Assembly: GCA_030699455.1 (NCBI GenBank)
Contig: JAUYMN010000013.1
Location: forward strand, 1 to 58,418
DNA: 58,418 nt
Reading direction: 5' to 3'
DNA from: Nanobdellota archaeon
GTDB lineage: Archaea; Nanobdellota; Nanobdellia; SCGC-AAA011-G17; UBA489
The position numbers and the translations under genes are program-made. Shown in pieces: positions 1-8,530 of this stretch. Numbering within the stretch: the stretch's first letter is position 1; each line of letters begins with the position of its first letter. A model generated the notes under the pieces. It saw only the letters and a program-made list of their open reading frames with translations. It searched no databases and was not told where the DNA came from.

Positions 1-473
1 TTTTATCAGTTGGAGTATATTTAATTTTTATCTAAAAAAACGGCAAAAGTAAAAAATAGACATGTATTTCCAAGAGATGGGGGATGGATGCTACGGCATG
101 AAGGAATAAAAAAACTTTTAGATTTTTGAAAATAATGAAGACGCAATGGAATATGCTGGAATAATGGCAGTCTTGTAGTCACTTATAAATACAATGGGCA
201 ATTTAAGGAATTTAAACAGGGAAATAAAATTTATGTTAGAATGCATAAAAATACCCTAACAATAACCAGCATCAATAAGATAATACCTCATATTGTTAAC
301 AACACACAATCTATTACAGAAACAATAACTTCAATTTAGAAGGAGGCTCATGGAATATAAACATAAATGGTTAAAACCCATAATCCAGAGGGTCTGTTTC
401 CCAAAATAAAAAAGTATGGTATAATACAGCATTATCCTATATACTTGGTTTACAGTTAGTTATCTATACGACT

Positions 474-848
474 ATGACAAAATTAAAAAATAATGTAGAA
501 AAATTGAATGCTTTAATCAAAGAGGGTAAGATAATGGAAGCATTTGAAAAATATTATGGTGAAGATGTAATTATTCAAGTTAATGGAAATTCTCCAATAA
601 CTGGAAAAGAACAGAACAGAAAAAGAGAAATGATATTCCTTCAAGAAATAGAAAAATTAAACAGTGCTGAAATAAAATCAGTTACTTTTGGCGGGACAGA
701 AGACAATGTTTCAATGACTGAGTGGGCTGTTAACATTGAAAATAAAGAAGGAGAACAGAAAACAATTTATCGTGTGAATGTTCAACATTGGAAAGATGAT
801 AAGATAGTAAATGAAAAATTATATTTTTGTGGAGACCAAAAATTTTAG
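474..848 (+). CDS. SnoaL-like / NTF2-fold small protein
   Basis: 124-aa ORF from the track. Pattern EAFEKYYGEDV..GKEQNRKRE..W.DDKIVNEKLYF resembles SnoaL/NTF2-like cone-fold proteins. Family recalled from memory. Confidence 0.5.
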   Translation: MTKLKNNVEKLNALIKEGKIMEAFEKYYGEDVIIQVNGNSPITGKEQNRKREMIFLQEIEKLNSAEIKSVTFGGTEDNVSMTEWAVNIENKEGEQKTIYRVNVQHWKDDKIVNEKLYFCGDQKF

Positions 849-901
849 AGTATGATACCATACAGCCTAGATATATATATTAACAATCACATTAACACAA
901 C

Positions 902-1549
902 ATGGACAAAATAAAAATGAAAAATAAAATGATAAAAAATAAATCAAGAAATTTGATAATTGCAATATTACCAATGACAATTCTTATCTTAATGATGGTG
1001 CCAGTAAATGCACAAGAAAATGAGCTTAGAGATAAACTTGGAAATCCTGGAATAACACCGGATAGTTCATTTTATTTTTTTGATAGGATGTTTGATTGGA
1101 CACAAACTGCTGAATCAAGAGCAAATGAAAAAGTTGCAGAGGTTTTTATTATGGCAAGAGAAGGTAAACCTGAAATGTTACAAATAGCTATGGGGCATTA
1201 TGAAAAGGCAATGGAAAAAAGACAGACACAATCACAAGGAAATGAAGAGGTCGCAGAAAAATCTGCAGTGCAAGCAACTAATCATTTAATTGTCTTAGCA
1301 AATGTTCTAGATCAGGTTCCAGAACAAGCTAAAGAATCAATACAACACGCAATGGATGTGAGTACAAATAAGAGAGATAAATCTATTAACACTTTAACTG
1401 ACCTTGACTCTTCTCGTGGAAAGGTAGTAGCAAGAGAAACTCTAGAAAGAATTATGACTGAAACACCTATACAATCACAAGAAGGTTTGACAAAAGCATT
1501 TAATTCCATAAATAGCAAAGAATATGTTGAGAGGAGGGGAAATAAATAA
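902..1549 (+). CDS. secreted or N-anchored helical protein, DUF5667-like
   Basis: Lys-rich n-region followed by hydrophobic LIIAILPMTILILMMVPVNA. PGITPDSSFYFFDRMFD motif as in DUF5667 proteins. Confidence 0.5.
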   Translation: MDKIKMKNKMIKNKSRNLIIAILPMTILILMMVPVNAQENELRDKLGNPGITPDSSFYFFDRMFDWTQTAESRANEKVAEVFIMAREGKPEMLQIAMGHYEKAMEKRQTQSQGNEEVAEKSAVQATNHLIVLANVLDQVPEQAKESIQHAMDVSTNKRDKSINTLTDLDSSRGKVVARETLERIMTETPIQSQEGLTKAFNSINSKEYVERRGNK

Positions 1550-1550
1550 A

Positions 1551-1739
1551 ATGAACAAAAAAGGCGTAACAAGTTGGTTGATGTGGGCATTACTATTTTT
1601 GATAGTGGCGATAGTTGCTGGAATATTTGGATTTGGACTTATTTCAGGAGTTTCGTTAACAATTGCAAAATGGTTAGCAATAATCTTTGTAATACTGTTT
1701 ATAATTTCAGTAATAGCCCATACAGTAAAAAGGGCATAA
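1551..1739 (+). CDS. DUF1328 (UPF0391/YtjA-like) two-TM small membrane protein
   Basis: WLMWALLFLIVAIVAGIFGFGLISG...IIFVILFIISVI pattern. GGAGGGG Shine-Dalgarno lies just upstream of the ATG at 1551. The track start at 1524 would overlap the upstream gene. Confidence 0.7.
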   Translation: MNKKGVTSWLMWALLFLIVAIVAGIFGFGLISGVSLTIAKWLAIIFVILFIISVIAHTVKRA

Positions 1740-1787
1740 GGGTTCATCATCTTTATTAAAAATGAAAATACTAAACAGGAGAATAAA

Positions 1788-2132
1788 ATGAGAACGAGCC
1801 TTATTATCTTTGGCGTGATTTTCCTAGTCATAGGGGCATTTTTATACATTGTGCCAACACAAGAATTTAAAGCAAATACAACCACCACTGAAGGGGGAAA
1901 TGTAGACAACAGAAAATCATATGCCAACATAACTATTCCAGTAGGTTATGCTTATGCATCAGGCACTATTGGTTTTATTTTACTGATTTTAGGCTCAGCA
2001 ATTCCTAGTCCCAACAGAAGAAGTAACTCAAAAAAAGATTCTTATAATAAAGTAGTTGAGTCAAGAGAAAATATGGTAGTTAGGAATGGAAACAAACGTA
2101 AGATTATTAGAGGGGAAAACATAAAAGCATAA
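1788..2132 (+). CDS. membrane protein, unknown function
   Basis: 114-aa ORF with two hydrophobic segments and a basic C-terminus. AGGAG-like site upstream of the ATG. Confidence 0.5.
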   Translation: MRTSLIIFGVIFLVIGAFLYIVPTQEFKANTTTTEGGNVDNRKSYANITIPVGYAYASGTIGFILLILGSAIPSPNRRSNSKKDSYNKVVESRENMVVRNGNKRKIIRGENIKA

Positions 2133-2184
2133 CTCAAATATGGGTAAAAATGATAATTAAACTAAATAGCTTGGAAAAATAAAA

Positions 2185-2508
2185 ATGGCAAAAAGTAACA
2201 ATAATGTTTTAGCGATAGTCTTGATAGCAGTCTTAGCCTCAGTATTTTTTATGGGATATGGGATGATGAATATCTTTGGGCGGAATCATGTTGGATACTC
2301 TGGATTTGGATGGTTATTTGGAACCATAGCACTTGTTGCTACAATATGGGTTATTTATGATGTTCTTGTAAATAACAAAGGGCTATCTGACGGCATGAAA
2401 GTTATTTGGATAATCTGTGCAGTTATATTTAGCATAATCACAGCAGTGATCTATTATTTAGTTGGCAGAAATAATCAAAATGATTTGTTTAGGAGAAATA
2501 GGAGATAA
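2185..2508 (+). CDS. PLDc_N-domain small membrane protein
   Basis: WVIYDVLVNNKG...KVIWIICAVIFSIITAVIYYLVGR matches the phospholipase-D N-terminal (PLDc_N) membrane-domain signature. Confidence 0.65.
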   Translation: MAKSNNNVLAIVLIAVLASVFFMGYGMMNIFGRNHVGYSGFGWLFGTIALVATIWVIYDVLVNNKGLSDGMKVIWIICAVIFSIITAVIYYLVGRNNQNDLFRRNRR

Positions 2509-2511
2509 AAA

Positions 2512-2604
2512 ATGAATAAAAAAGGACTTATTGGACAATTGATAGTAATTATACTTGCAGTAATTGGTGGATATTTTTTACTTAAATATTTTGGAGTAAT
2601 ATAA
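2512..2604 (+). CDS. 30-aa single-TM micro-protein (below ORF-track cutoff)
   Basis: ATG lies 4 nt after the upstream stop. Product MNKKGLIGQLIVIILAVIGGYFLLKYFGVI. Its TAA overlaps the next ATG (TAATG), so it is tightly packed in the operon. Confidence 0.3.
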   Translation: MNKKGLIGQLIVIILAVIGGYFLLKYFGVI

Positions 2605-3089
2605 TGGAACAAACAAAAGAAGATAAATTAGATGAAATAAAGAATAGTATAACTCAAAAAGATAGTTTATATTACATACCTCGAAAAGACTCTGAAGCTT
2701 TTGAAAGAGATAGCAAAGCAGAGGGGAAGGGCACAATACCTATTATGACCTATGGAGATTTTATAATTTACTTAAAGGCAGAAGATTCCGCTCTTCCAAA
2801 GATTGCTTTATCTAAATTTAATTACACATCTGGAACATTTGAGAAGAAGTGGGGAACAGACCATAAAACAATTGTTCTTACTCCTAATCACTCAAGTATT
2901 AGGAAAGTTGAGATAGAAATCCAGGGAATTGATATTCATAATATGAAACTACTGCCCGGTAAAACTGGTGATGTAATCGAAGATACTGCCCGGATAAAAA
3001 TAACAAGGCATTATAGGTTTGCTGAAGGGGATTCTGAAAATAAAGGAGACTCTAGCTCTGCTTCTCCTGGCGTAACCAAAGCTAGATAA
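2604..3089 (+). CDS. hypothetical protein
   Basis: 161-aa ORF, soluble, no recognised motif. Operon context. Confidence 0.5.
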   Translation: MEQTKEDKLDEIKNSITQKDSLYYIPRKDSEAFERDSKAEGKGTIPIMTYGDFIIYLKAEDSALPKIALSKFNYTSGTFEKKWGTDHKTIVLTPNHSSIRKVEIEIQGIDIHNMKLLPGKTGDVIEDTARIKITRHYRFAEGDSENKGDSSSASPGVTKAR

Positions 3090-3104
3090 AATTAGGTGTT
3101 AAAA

Positions 3105-3419
3105 ATGATTGAAAATAAAAAATATGATTTTATGAATATAATAAAAAGGGGGTTGACTTATATTTTTTCTCCAATAGGGGAAGGCACACAAATGATTATG
3201 AAAAATGTTAAAGAAGGAGCAATGAATATAGAGAAAAGAATATTAAGAAAAATATATTCTATTTTGGTAATTGGATTAGGATTAGTATTTATAATTTTTG
3301 GATTTTTCTTTTTCTTAACAGAATCTTTAGGGTGGAGTAAATCAGCAGTATATCTTACTATAGGTATAATTATTTTTATAGTGGGTCTTTTGTTAAAAAT
3401 AGGGGAGTCTAATAAATAA
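3105..3419 (+). CDS. two-TM membrane protein, YqjE / holin-X (Phage_holin_3_6)-like
   Basis: Amphipathic N-terminal part followed by a hairpin of two TM segments (ILVIGLGLVFIIFGFFFFL / VYLTIGIIIFIVGLLL). GGTG lies 6 nt before the ATG at 3105; the track start 3096 is a GTG. Confidence 0.45.
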   Translation: MIENKKYDFMNIIKRGLTYIFSPIGEGTQMIMKNVKEGAMNIEKRILRKIYSILVIGLGLVFIIFGFFFFLTESLGWSKSAVYLTIGIIIFIVGLLLKIGESNK

Positions 3420-3421
3420 AA

Positions 3422-3685
3422 ATGGCAAATAAAAAATCTATCAAATCTTTAGGAATAAAAAAAAGAACACAAAACAAAGTTGATAAAGTAATTAACAAGA
3501 CAGAAAAAATAATAAAAAACGGCAAAAATAAAATAATCAAGTTAAAAGAAAAAGCAATAATTAAAAAACAAAATGTTGATAATTATATTAAAAAAAATCC
3601 CAAGAAGTCAGTAGGGATTGCTGTGGGAATTGGGGCTTTTGTTGGAGCGATACTTACAGCAATTAAAATAAAAAGAAAGCATTAA
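3422..3685 (+). CDS. DUF883 (YqjD/ElaB-like) tail-anchored protein
   Basis: Lys-rich helical body followed by the C-terminal signature NPKKSVGIAVGIGAFVGAILTAIKIKRK, typical of DUF883. Confidence 0.6.
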   Translation: MANKKSIKSLGIKKRTQNKVDKVINKTEKIIKNGKNKIIKLKEKAIIKKQNVDNYIKKNPKKSVGIAVGIGAFVGAILTAIKIKRKH

Positions 3686-3693
3686 ATTACAAA

Positions 3694-4761
3694 ATGGCAA
3701 CCAACAATCAATATCAAAAAATAGTTCCATTTATAATGTTTATATTAGCATTATTTCTCTTCTTTAAACTTATCCAGCCAATGATGACTATTCTTTTAGG
3801 TAGTTTACTTCTCGCATATATCTCTTTTCCACTCTATAAGAAAATAATTAAGAAGATACCAAATAAATCTATTTCGATTATTTTATCTTTACTCATTATT
3901 GTTATCATTATATTGATTCCGTTTGCTTTTTTAACTTTCGGAATTGCACAGCAAGGATTTTATTTCTATAATTCTTTATCAAATAATATTGAGAAAGGAG
4001 CTTTATTTGGTTATAGCTGTACTGGTGCAGATTCAAAATTATGTTTACTTCTTAATCAGGCAGAAAAATTCAGCTTAGAAGAATTATCAAAGTTTGGTTT
4101 TGATAAACAAATACAGAATTTTTTGCCTATTTTGGAAGAGAAAATAACCCATTTTATTTTGAGTATACCCCTCATGATAGCAGGAATTTTTATTACGTTA
4201 GTTATAACTTTTTTTATTTTAAAAGATTGGGAAAACATCTTTAAAAAAATAATTGACTTGTTTCCAATGAAAAAAAAGACAATAGAACGCCTTATTAAAG
4301 AATTTAGAGATATAACCCAGACAGTAATTTTTGCACAGTTATTTGTTGCATTAATACAAGGGGTTGTTGCAATTATAGGATTTTATATCTTCGGCGTTCC
4401 GTTTCCGATAATCTTAGGGATTTTATTGGCATTTTGTGCTTTGATTCCATTTATTGGAACAAGCTTAATTTGGGTACCTGCTTCATTATATCTTAGTTTA
4501 ATTGGTTATTTTTCTCATGATTACTGGGTTTTAATTAAAGGAATATGTTTATTTTTATATGGCATTGCAATAATCAATACAATTGACAATATTTTACTTG
4601 CTAAGATAGTACAAGTAAAGGCTAATGTGAGCCCAATAACTACAATGGTAGGGGTTATTGGAGGTGCTAGCATGTTTGGAGTCATTGGAATATTTATAGG
4701 TCCAATATTGTTACCATTGCTCATAACTTATTTTGAAACTTTTAAAGAAAGATTTAGATAA
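3694..4761 (+). CDS. AI-2E family transporter (PerM/UPF0118)
   Basis: 355 aa, about 8 TM segments, with the length and topology of the AI-2E family. Confidence 0.8.
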   Translation: MATNNQYQKIVPFIMFILALFLFFKLIQPMMTILLGSLLLAYISFPLYKKIIKKIPNKSISIILSLLIIVIIILIPFAFLTFGIAQQGFYFYNSLSNNIEKGALFGYSCTGADSKLCLLLNQAEKFSLEELSKFGFDKQIQNFLPILEEKITHFILSIPLMIAGIFITLVITFFILKDWENIFKKIIDLFPMKKKTIERLIKEFRDITQTVIFAQLFVALIQGVVAIIGFYIFGVPFPIILGILLAFCALIPFIGTSLIWVPASLYLSLIGYFSHDYWVLIKGICLFLYGIAIINTIDNILLAKIVQVKANVSPITTMVGVIGGASMFGVIGIFIGPILLPLLITYFETFKERFR

Positions 4762-4908
4762 TTATAGGATTTTACAATTTAAAAGGCTCATAGGGGGTAT
4801 AATCGGATTTTTATAGCAAATAAGTATTAGCACATACAACAAAGTATCATCAAATACCGCATCACTATATATACATTTTTTTAAATAAATATAAAATGGT
4901 GATTAAAT

Positions 4909-5262
4909 ATGTTCAGTTCTAACTCATGCATTGTGTGTGAAGATTCTATATCTGATCCAGTATGCAAAAGTTGTTATGCCAAACAAATTGAAATGTTATT
5001 AAACGACTTAAATCTGCATGAAATAGCTAAAGAAATTATTTTAAACAAGGTAAAAAACGAATTTCCTGCTGAGACTCTAAATAATACAGAATGTATATTA
5101 TGCAGAAAAGATAACGTGGCTATTTGCCTTTATTGTTTTTCTATTATTTTAACAAACATATTAAGAGAATTAAATTTTTCTGAAGAGATGATTGAGAATT
5201 TTGGATACAATGAGGTATATGGGGAGAATATTTTTCAAAATAAGGATAGTATGAGATTTTGA
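4909..5262 (+). CDS. Cys-rich protein with two CxxC-x7/8-CxxC units
   Basis: CIVCEDSISDPVCKSC and CILCRKDNVAICLYC. TTTAAATA lies about 21 nt upstream of the ATG. Confidence 0.45.
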   Translation: MFSSNSCIVCEDSISDPVCKSCYAKQIEMLLNDLNLHEIAKEIILNKVKNEFPAETLNNTECILCRKDNVAICLYCFSIILTNILRELNFSEEMIENFGYNEVYGENIFQNKDSMRF

Positions 5263-5417
5263 TTTTTTTGAGATATTATTATTGAAAATTTCATAGAGTT
5301 ATTTAAATTTAATGAAAAAATCATAAGAATATTTTCTCCTAGTTGATTCTACCAACCTTTAACATATCAGTGAATTTCCCCCAAAAGATATATAAATCTA
5401 CAAAAAAAATATGAAAT

Positions 5418-6482
5418 ATGGTTGAAGTGAATAATCTGCTCCTTGGAACTTTTCTGGAAAACCCATACCTGCGGTTCATTTTTATTATTTTGGTTTTTTA
5501 TGTGATTTCAAAGATAATTCAGGTAGTTATAATAGCAAACATAAAAAGAGTTACAGCAAAAACAAAATCAAAAACAGATGATGATCTGATAGAAGCAATA
5601 AATAAGCCATTAATAAATTTCATAACACTAATTGGTGTAAAGATAGCAGTTAATGTTATTCCGCTTTCAGAAAGTGTACTGTCAGCGATAAACAAAATAA
5701 TAATATCTTTAATGGTGCTGGTTGTAGCAATATTTGCAGCAAAAATTATCAACGTGTTCACAGATTCATGGGGAAGGAAATTTGCAGCAAAAACACACTC
5801 AACACTTGACGATGACCTGCTTCCATTAATCCACAAGGCAGTAAACATTATAGTTTTTATTCTGGCTATAATAATAATCCTTGAAAATTGGGACATAGAC
5901 GTAAGCGGGCTGTTGGCTGGAGCAGGAATTGCTGGACTGGCATTGGCATTTGCCGTAAAAGACAGCCTTGCAAATATATTCGGAGGAATTAGCATAATAT
6001 TAGACAAAACTTTCAGGGTAAATGATATAATTAAAATGGAAGATGGCAATATGGGGAGAATAAAAGACATAGGCTTAAGGACAACAAAGGTAAGGACATG
6101 GGATAATGAGCTTCTCATAGTTCCAAATGGGATATTGGCAAATAGCACAATACAAAATTTTAAGCTTCCTGACCTAAGTGCAAGAGGAGAAGTTTCATTC
6201 GGCGTGGAATATGGATCCGATATAGACAAGGTGAAGAGGGTAGTAGGTGACGTACTGAAATCAATGAAAAAGGTACTTAAGAATGTCGATGATAAAAAGC
6301 CAGATGTAATCTTCCTCAATATGGGAGAATTTGCATTGGAATTCAAGGCAAGATTTTGGGTGGAGAACTACATGGATAAGTTTAATACAAAACTAGAGGC
6401 AACAGAAAAAATATACAAGGCATTAAACAAAAGCAAGATAAGCATACCTTTCCCTACAAGAACTGTACATCTTAAGAAGTAA
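5418..6482 (+). CDS. small-conductance mechanosensitive channel (MscS family)
   Basis: N-terminal TM segments, then LANIFGGISIILDKTFRVNDIIKMEDGNMGRIKDIGLRTTKVRTWDNELLIVPN, the MscS beta-domain signature. Confidence 0.85.
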   Translation: MVEVNNLLLGTFLENPYLRFIFIILVFYVISKIIQVVIIANIKRVTAKTKSKTDDDLIEAINKPLINFITLIGVKIAVNVIPLSESVLSAINKIIISLMVLVVAIFAAKIINVFTDSWGRKFAAKTHSTLDDDLLPLIHKAVNIIVFILAIIIILENWDIDVSGLLAGAGIAGLALAFAVKDSLANIFGGISIILDKTFRVNDIIKMEDGNMGRIKDIGLRTTKVRTWDNELLIVPNGILANSTIQNFKLPDLSARGEVSFGVEYGSDIDKVKRVVGDVLKSMKKVLKNVDDKKPDVIFLNMGEFALEFKARFWVENYMDKFNTKLEATEKIYKALNKSKISIPFPTRTVHLKK

Positions 6483-6594
6483 TTTTTACTCCGCCGAATT
6501 TGCTAAATCTGATTATTTGTGTATACTAATGCACCATGTTCAGATTTTTACGACGTCTTATTGCCGTATTTACTAGCCAAATTCTCCAAAAACA

Positions 6595-6602
6595 TTTAAA
6601 TA
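6595..6602 (+). promoter_or_regulatory. TATA box (TTTAAATA) for proS
   Basis: Box ends 22 nt before the ATG at 6625. The same spacing recurs at other first genes in this window. Confidence 0.5.
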
Positions 6603-6624
6603 AGCCAGATTTATCAATAACCTG

Positions 6625-8073
6625 ATGGCAAAAGAAACCAATGAAGGGATTAAAATAAAGAAAGAGGAAAATTTCTCAGAATGGTACACCCAGATAGTTC
6701 AGAAATCAGAATTGGCAGACTATACTGCAGTTTCAGGGTGTATAGCATACAGGCCGGATGGTTATGCAATATGGGAAAATATTCAGAGAATAGTTGACAA
6801 AGAATTAAAACAATTAGGAATAAAAAATGTCTATTTTCCATTATTAATACCTGAAAATTATTTAAAAAAAGAGGCAGAGCATGTGAAAGGATTTAGCCCA
6901 GAAGTTGCATGGGTAACAGAAACAGGAAACTCAAAATTAAGCGAAAGACTTGCAATCAGGCCGACATCAGAGACAATTATGTACCCTTCATATGCAAAGT
7001 GGATAAGGTCATGGAGAGATTTGCCGATGCGTTACAATCAGTGGAATACAGTCTTGCGTTGGGAATTCAAAAATCCTATTCCATTTATTAGAGGAAGAGA
7101 ATTTTTATGGAATGAGGGGCATACAGTATTTGCATCCAGAAAGGAAGCAGAAAAAGAAATGAAGGACATAATTAATTTATGGGTCAACTTTTCAAAAGAG
7201 TATATGGCGCTTCCATCATTATCTGGGCAAAAATCAGAAAAAGAAAAATTTGCAGGAGCAGAATATTCATGGAGCACAGAATTTATATTGCCTAACGGGA
7301 AAGCAGTCCAGGGACCTGATGCACATTTTGATGGAACTAAATTCTCAAAAGCATTCAGCATAGAATTTTTAAATAAGGACGGAAAAAAACAAAACCCATT
7401 TCAAAATACATGGGCAATTTCAACAAGACAGATTGGTGTTATGATAGCAATACACGGGGACAACAATGGGCTGGTTATACCGCCAAAAATAGCCCCAACA
7501 CAAGTTGTAATAATACCAATACTTTTTGATGATTCTAAATTAAAAGTTCTAAAGGAAGCGCAATCTATTAAGAAAAAACTGGAATCAAGAGGAATTTCAG
7601 TTAGGCTGGATGATAGGGAAGAATATACTCCTGGGTGGAAATTTAATGAATGGGAGCTGAAAGGGATTCCATTAAGAATAGAAATTGGTCCAAAAGATTT
7701 GCAGAAAAAACAGGTCATAACAGTGAGAAGAGATAATAACAAAAAAGAGTTTATCAAGTCAAACACGATAGAAAAAAGTGTAGTTTCATGTCTGGAAGAT
7801 ATACAGGATTCACTATACAAAAAAGCATTGAAGCAATTAAAATCAAAGATTGTTGAAGTAAAAAACTTCAAGGAAGCACAGCTACAATTAAAAAACAAGG
7901 GCATAATATTTGCACCATGGTGTGCTTCAACTGAATGTGAAGAAAACTTCAAAGAAAAAACAGGCGGTGCAAAATCGTTAAATTCGCCATTCAAGCAGCC
8001 GAAATTAAATCATGAGTGTTTTATGTGCGGAAAAAAGGCAGTATCATGGTTCTATTTTGGAAAATCATACTAA
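6625..8073 (+). CDS. proS: prolyl-tRNA synthetase, archaeal/eukaryotic type
   Basis: 482 aa with class II core motifs (RPTSETIMYP, FLWNEGHT, QNTWAISTR), an anticodon-binding domain and the C-terminal Zn-domain tail ...CFMCGKKA..WFYFGKSY. Confidence 0.95.
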   Translation: MAKETNEGIKIKKEENFSEWYTQIVQKSELADYTAVSGCIAYRPDGYAIWENIQRIVDKELKQLGIKNVYFPLLIPENYLKKEAEHVKGFSPEVAWVTETGNSKLSERLAIRPTSETIMYPSYAKWIRSWRDLPMRYNQWNTVLRWEFKNPIPFIRGREFLWNEGHTVFASRKEAEKEMKDIINLWVNFSKEYMALPSLSGQKSEKEKFAGAEYSWSTEFILPNGKAVQGPDAHFDGTKFSKAFSIEFLNKDGKKQNPFQNTWAISTRQIGVMIAIHGDNNGLVIPPKIAPTQVVIIPILFDDSKLKVLKEAQSIKKKLESRGISVRLDDREEYTPGWKFNEWELKGIPLRIEIGPKDLQKKQVITVRRDNNKKEFIKSNTIEKSVVSCLEDIQDSLYKKALKQLKSKIVEVKNFKEAQLQLKNKGIIFAPWCASTECEENFKEKTGGAKSLNSPFKQPKLNHECFMCGKKAVSWFYFGKSY

Positions 8074-8495
8074 AATCCATTGCTTCTTAGATTATCTAAT
8101 GCTCTTTTGCGATTTTTGATACTCGGGTCTATTAGGAGTGCCTCAACAAAAGGTTCCAGCTCTTTAATAAGATTATAATAATATCTTCTAACTTCAATTT
8201 TTTGTTTGCTATAAATATCCCTAAGACCTGATTTCCTCACCATCAAAAATGTTTTATAAACTTCAGCCAAAGCAGCATCATTAAACCTATAAAATTTAAT
8301 CATATTATCCAAGACGGAATTAAAATGTTCACTCCCATAATCTGGAATCCCTTCTTTAAATCTATTCAGAATTCCTTCTCTCAATTTTTCTCCATCTCTC
8401 AAAAGACCAAAATAGAGCAATTCTGCATCATAAAAAGGATTGCTGACAACTTCTTCCAGAACCATATCCACAGTAAAATCTCCAATGGATTCCAT
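8070..8495 (-). CDS. hypothetical protein
   Basis: ORF from the track, trimmed to Met27 (MESIGDF) to remove a 43-nt overlap with the upstream gene. No recognised motif. Confidence 0.4.
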   Translation of the reverse strand: MESIGDFTVDMVLEEVVSNPFYDAELLYFGLLRDGEKLREGILNRFKEGIPDYGSEHFNSVLDNMIKFYRFNDAALAEVYKTFLMVRKSGLRDIYSKQKIEVRRYYYNLIKELEPFVEALLIDPSIKNRKRALDNLRSNGF

Positions 8496-8530
8496 TATTA
8501 CACATTGAAGCCCATTGCTTATATCTTTTC

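Noticed and set aside
1-473. 473-nt non-coding left edge containing several very short ORFs (15-25 codons). Considered as a pseudogene remnant or RNA gene.
   Set aside because: No frame stays open, no conserved RNA motifs or GC-rich stems are seen, and no partial ORF enters from the window edge on either strand. Nothing can be supported.
5519-6346. Long antisense ORFs inside confidently assigned genes, e.g. 5519..6346(-), 7401..7994(-), 18797..19372(+), 34351..34944(-), 38281..38898(+), 40464..40958(+), 28289..28873(-), 17250..17696(+).
   Set aside because: Each lies fully inside a gene with strong family motifs on the other strand. Their products are low-complexity (Ser/Leu/Phe/Ile-rich) mirror translations, which are typical of AT-rich genomes.
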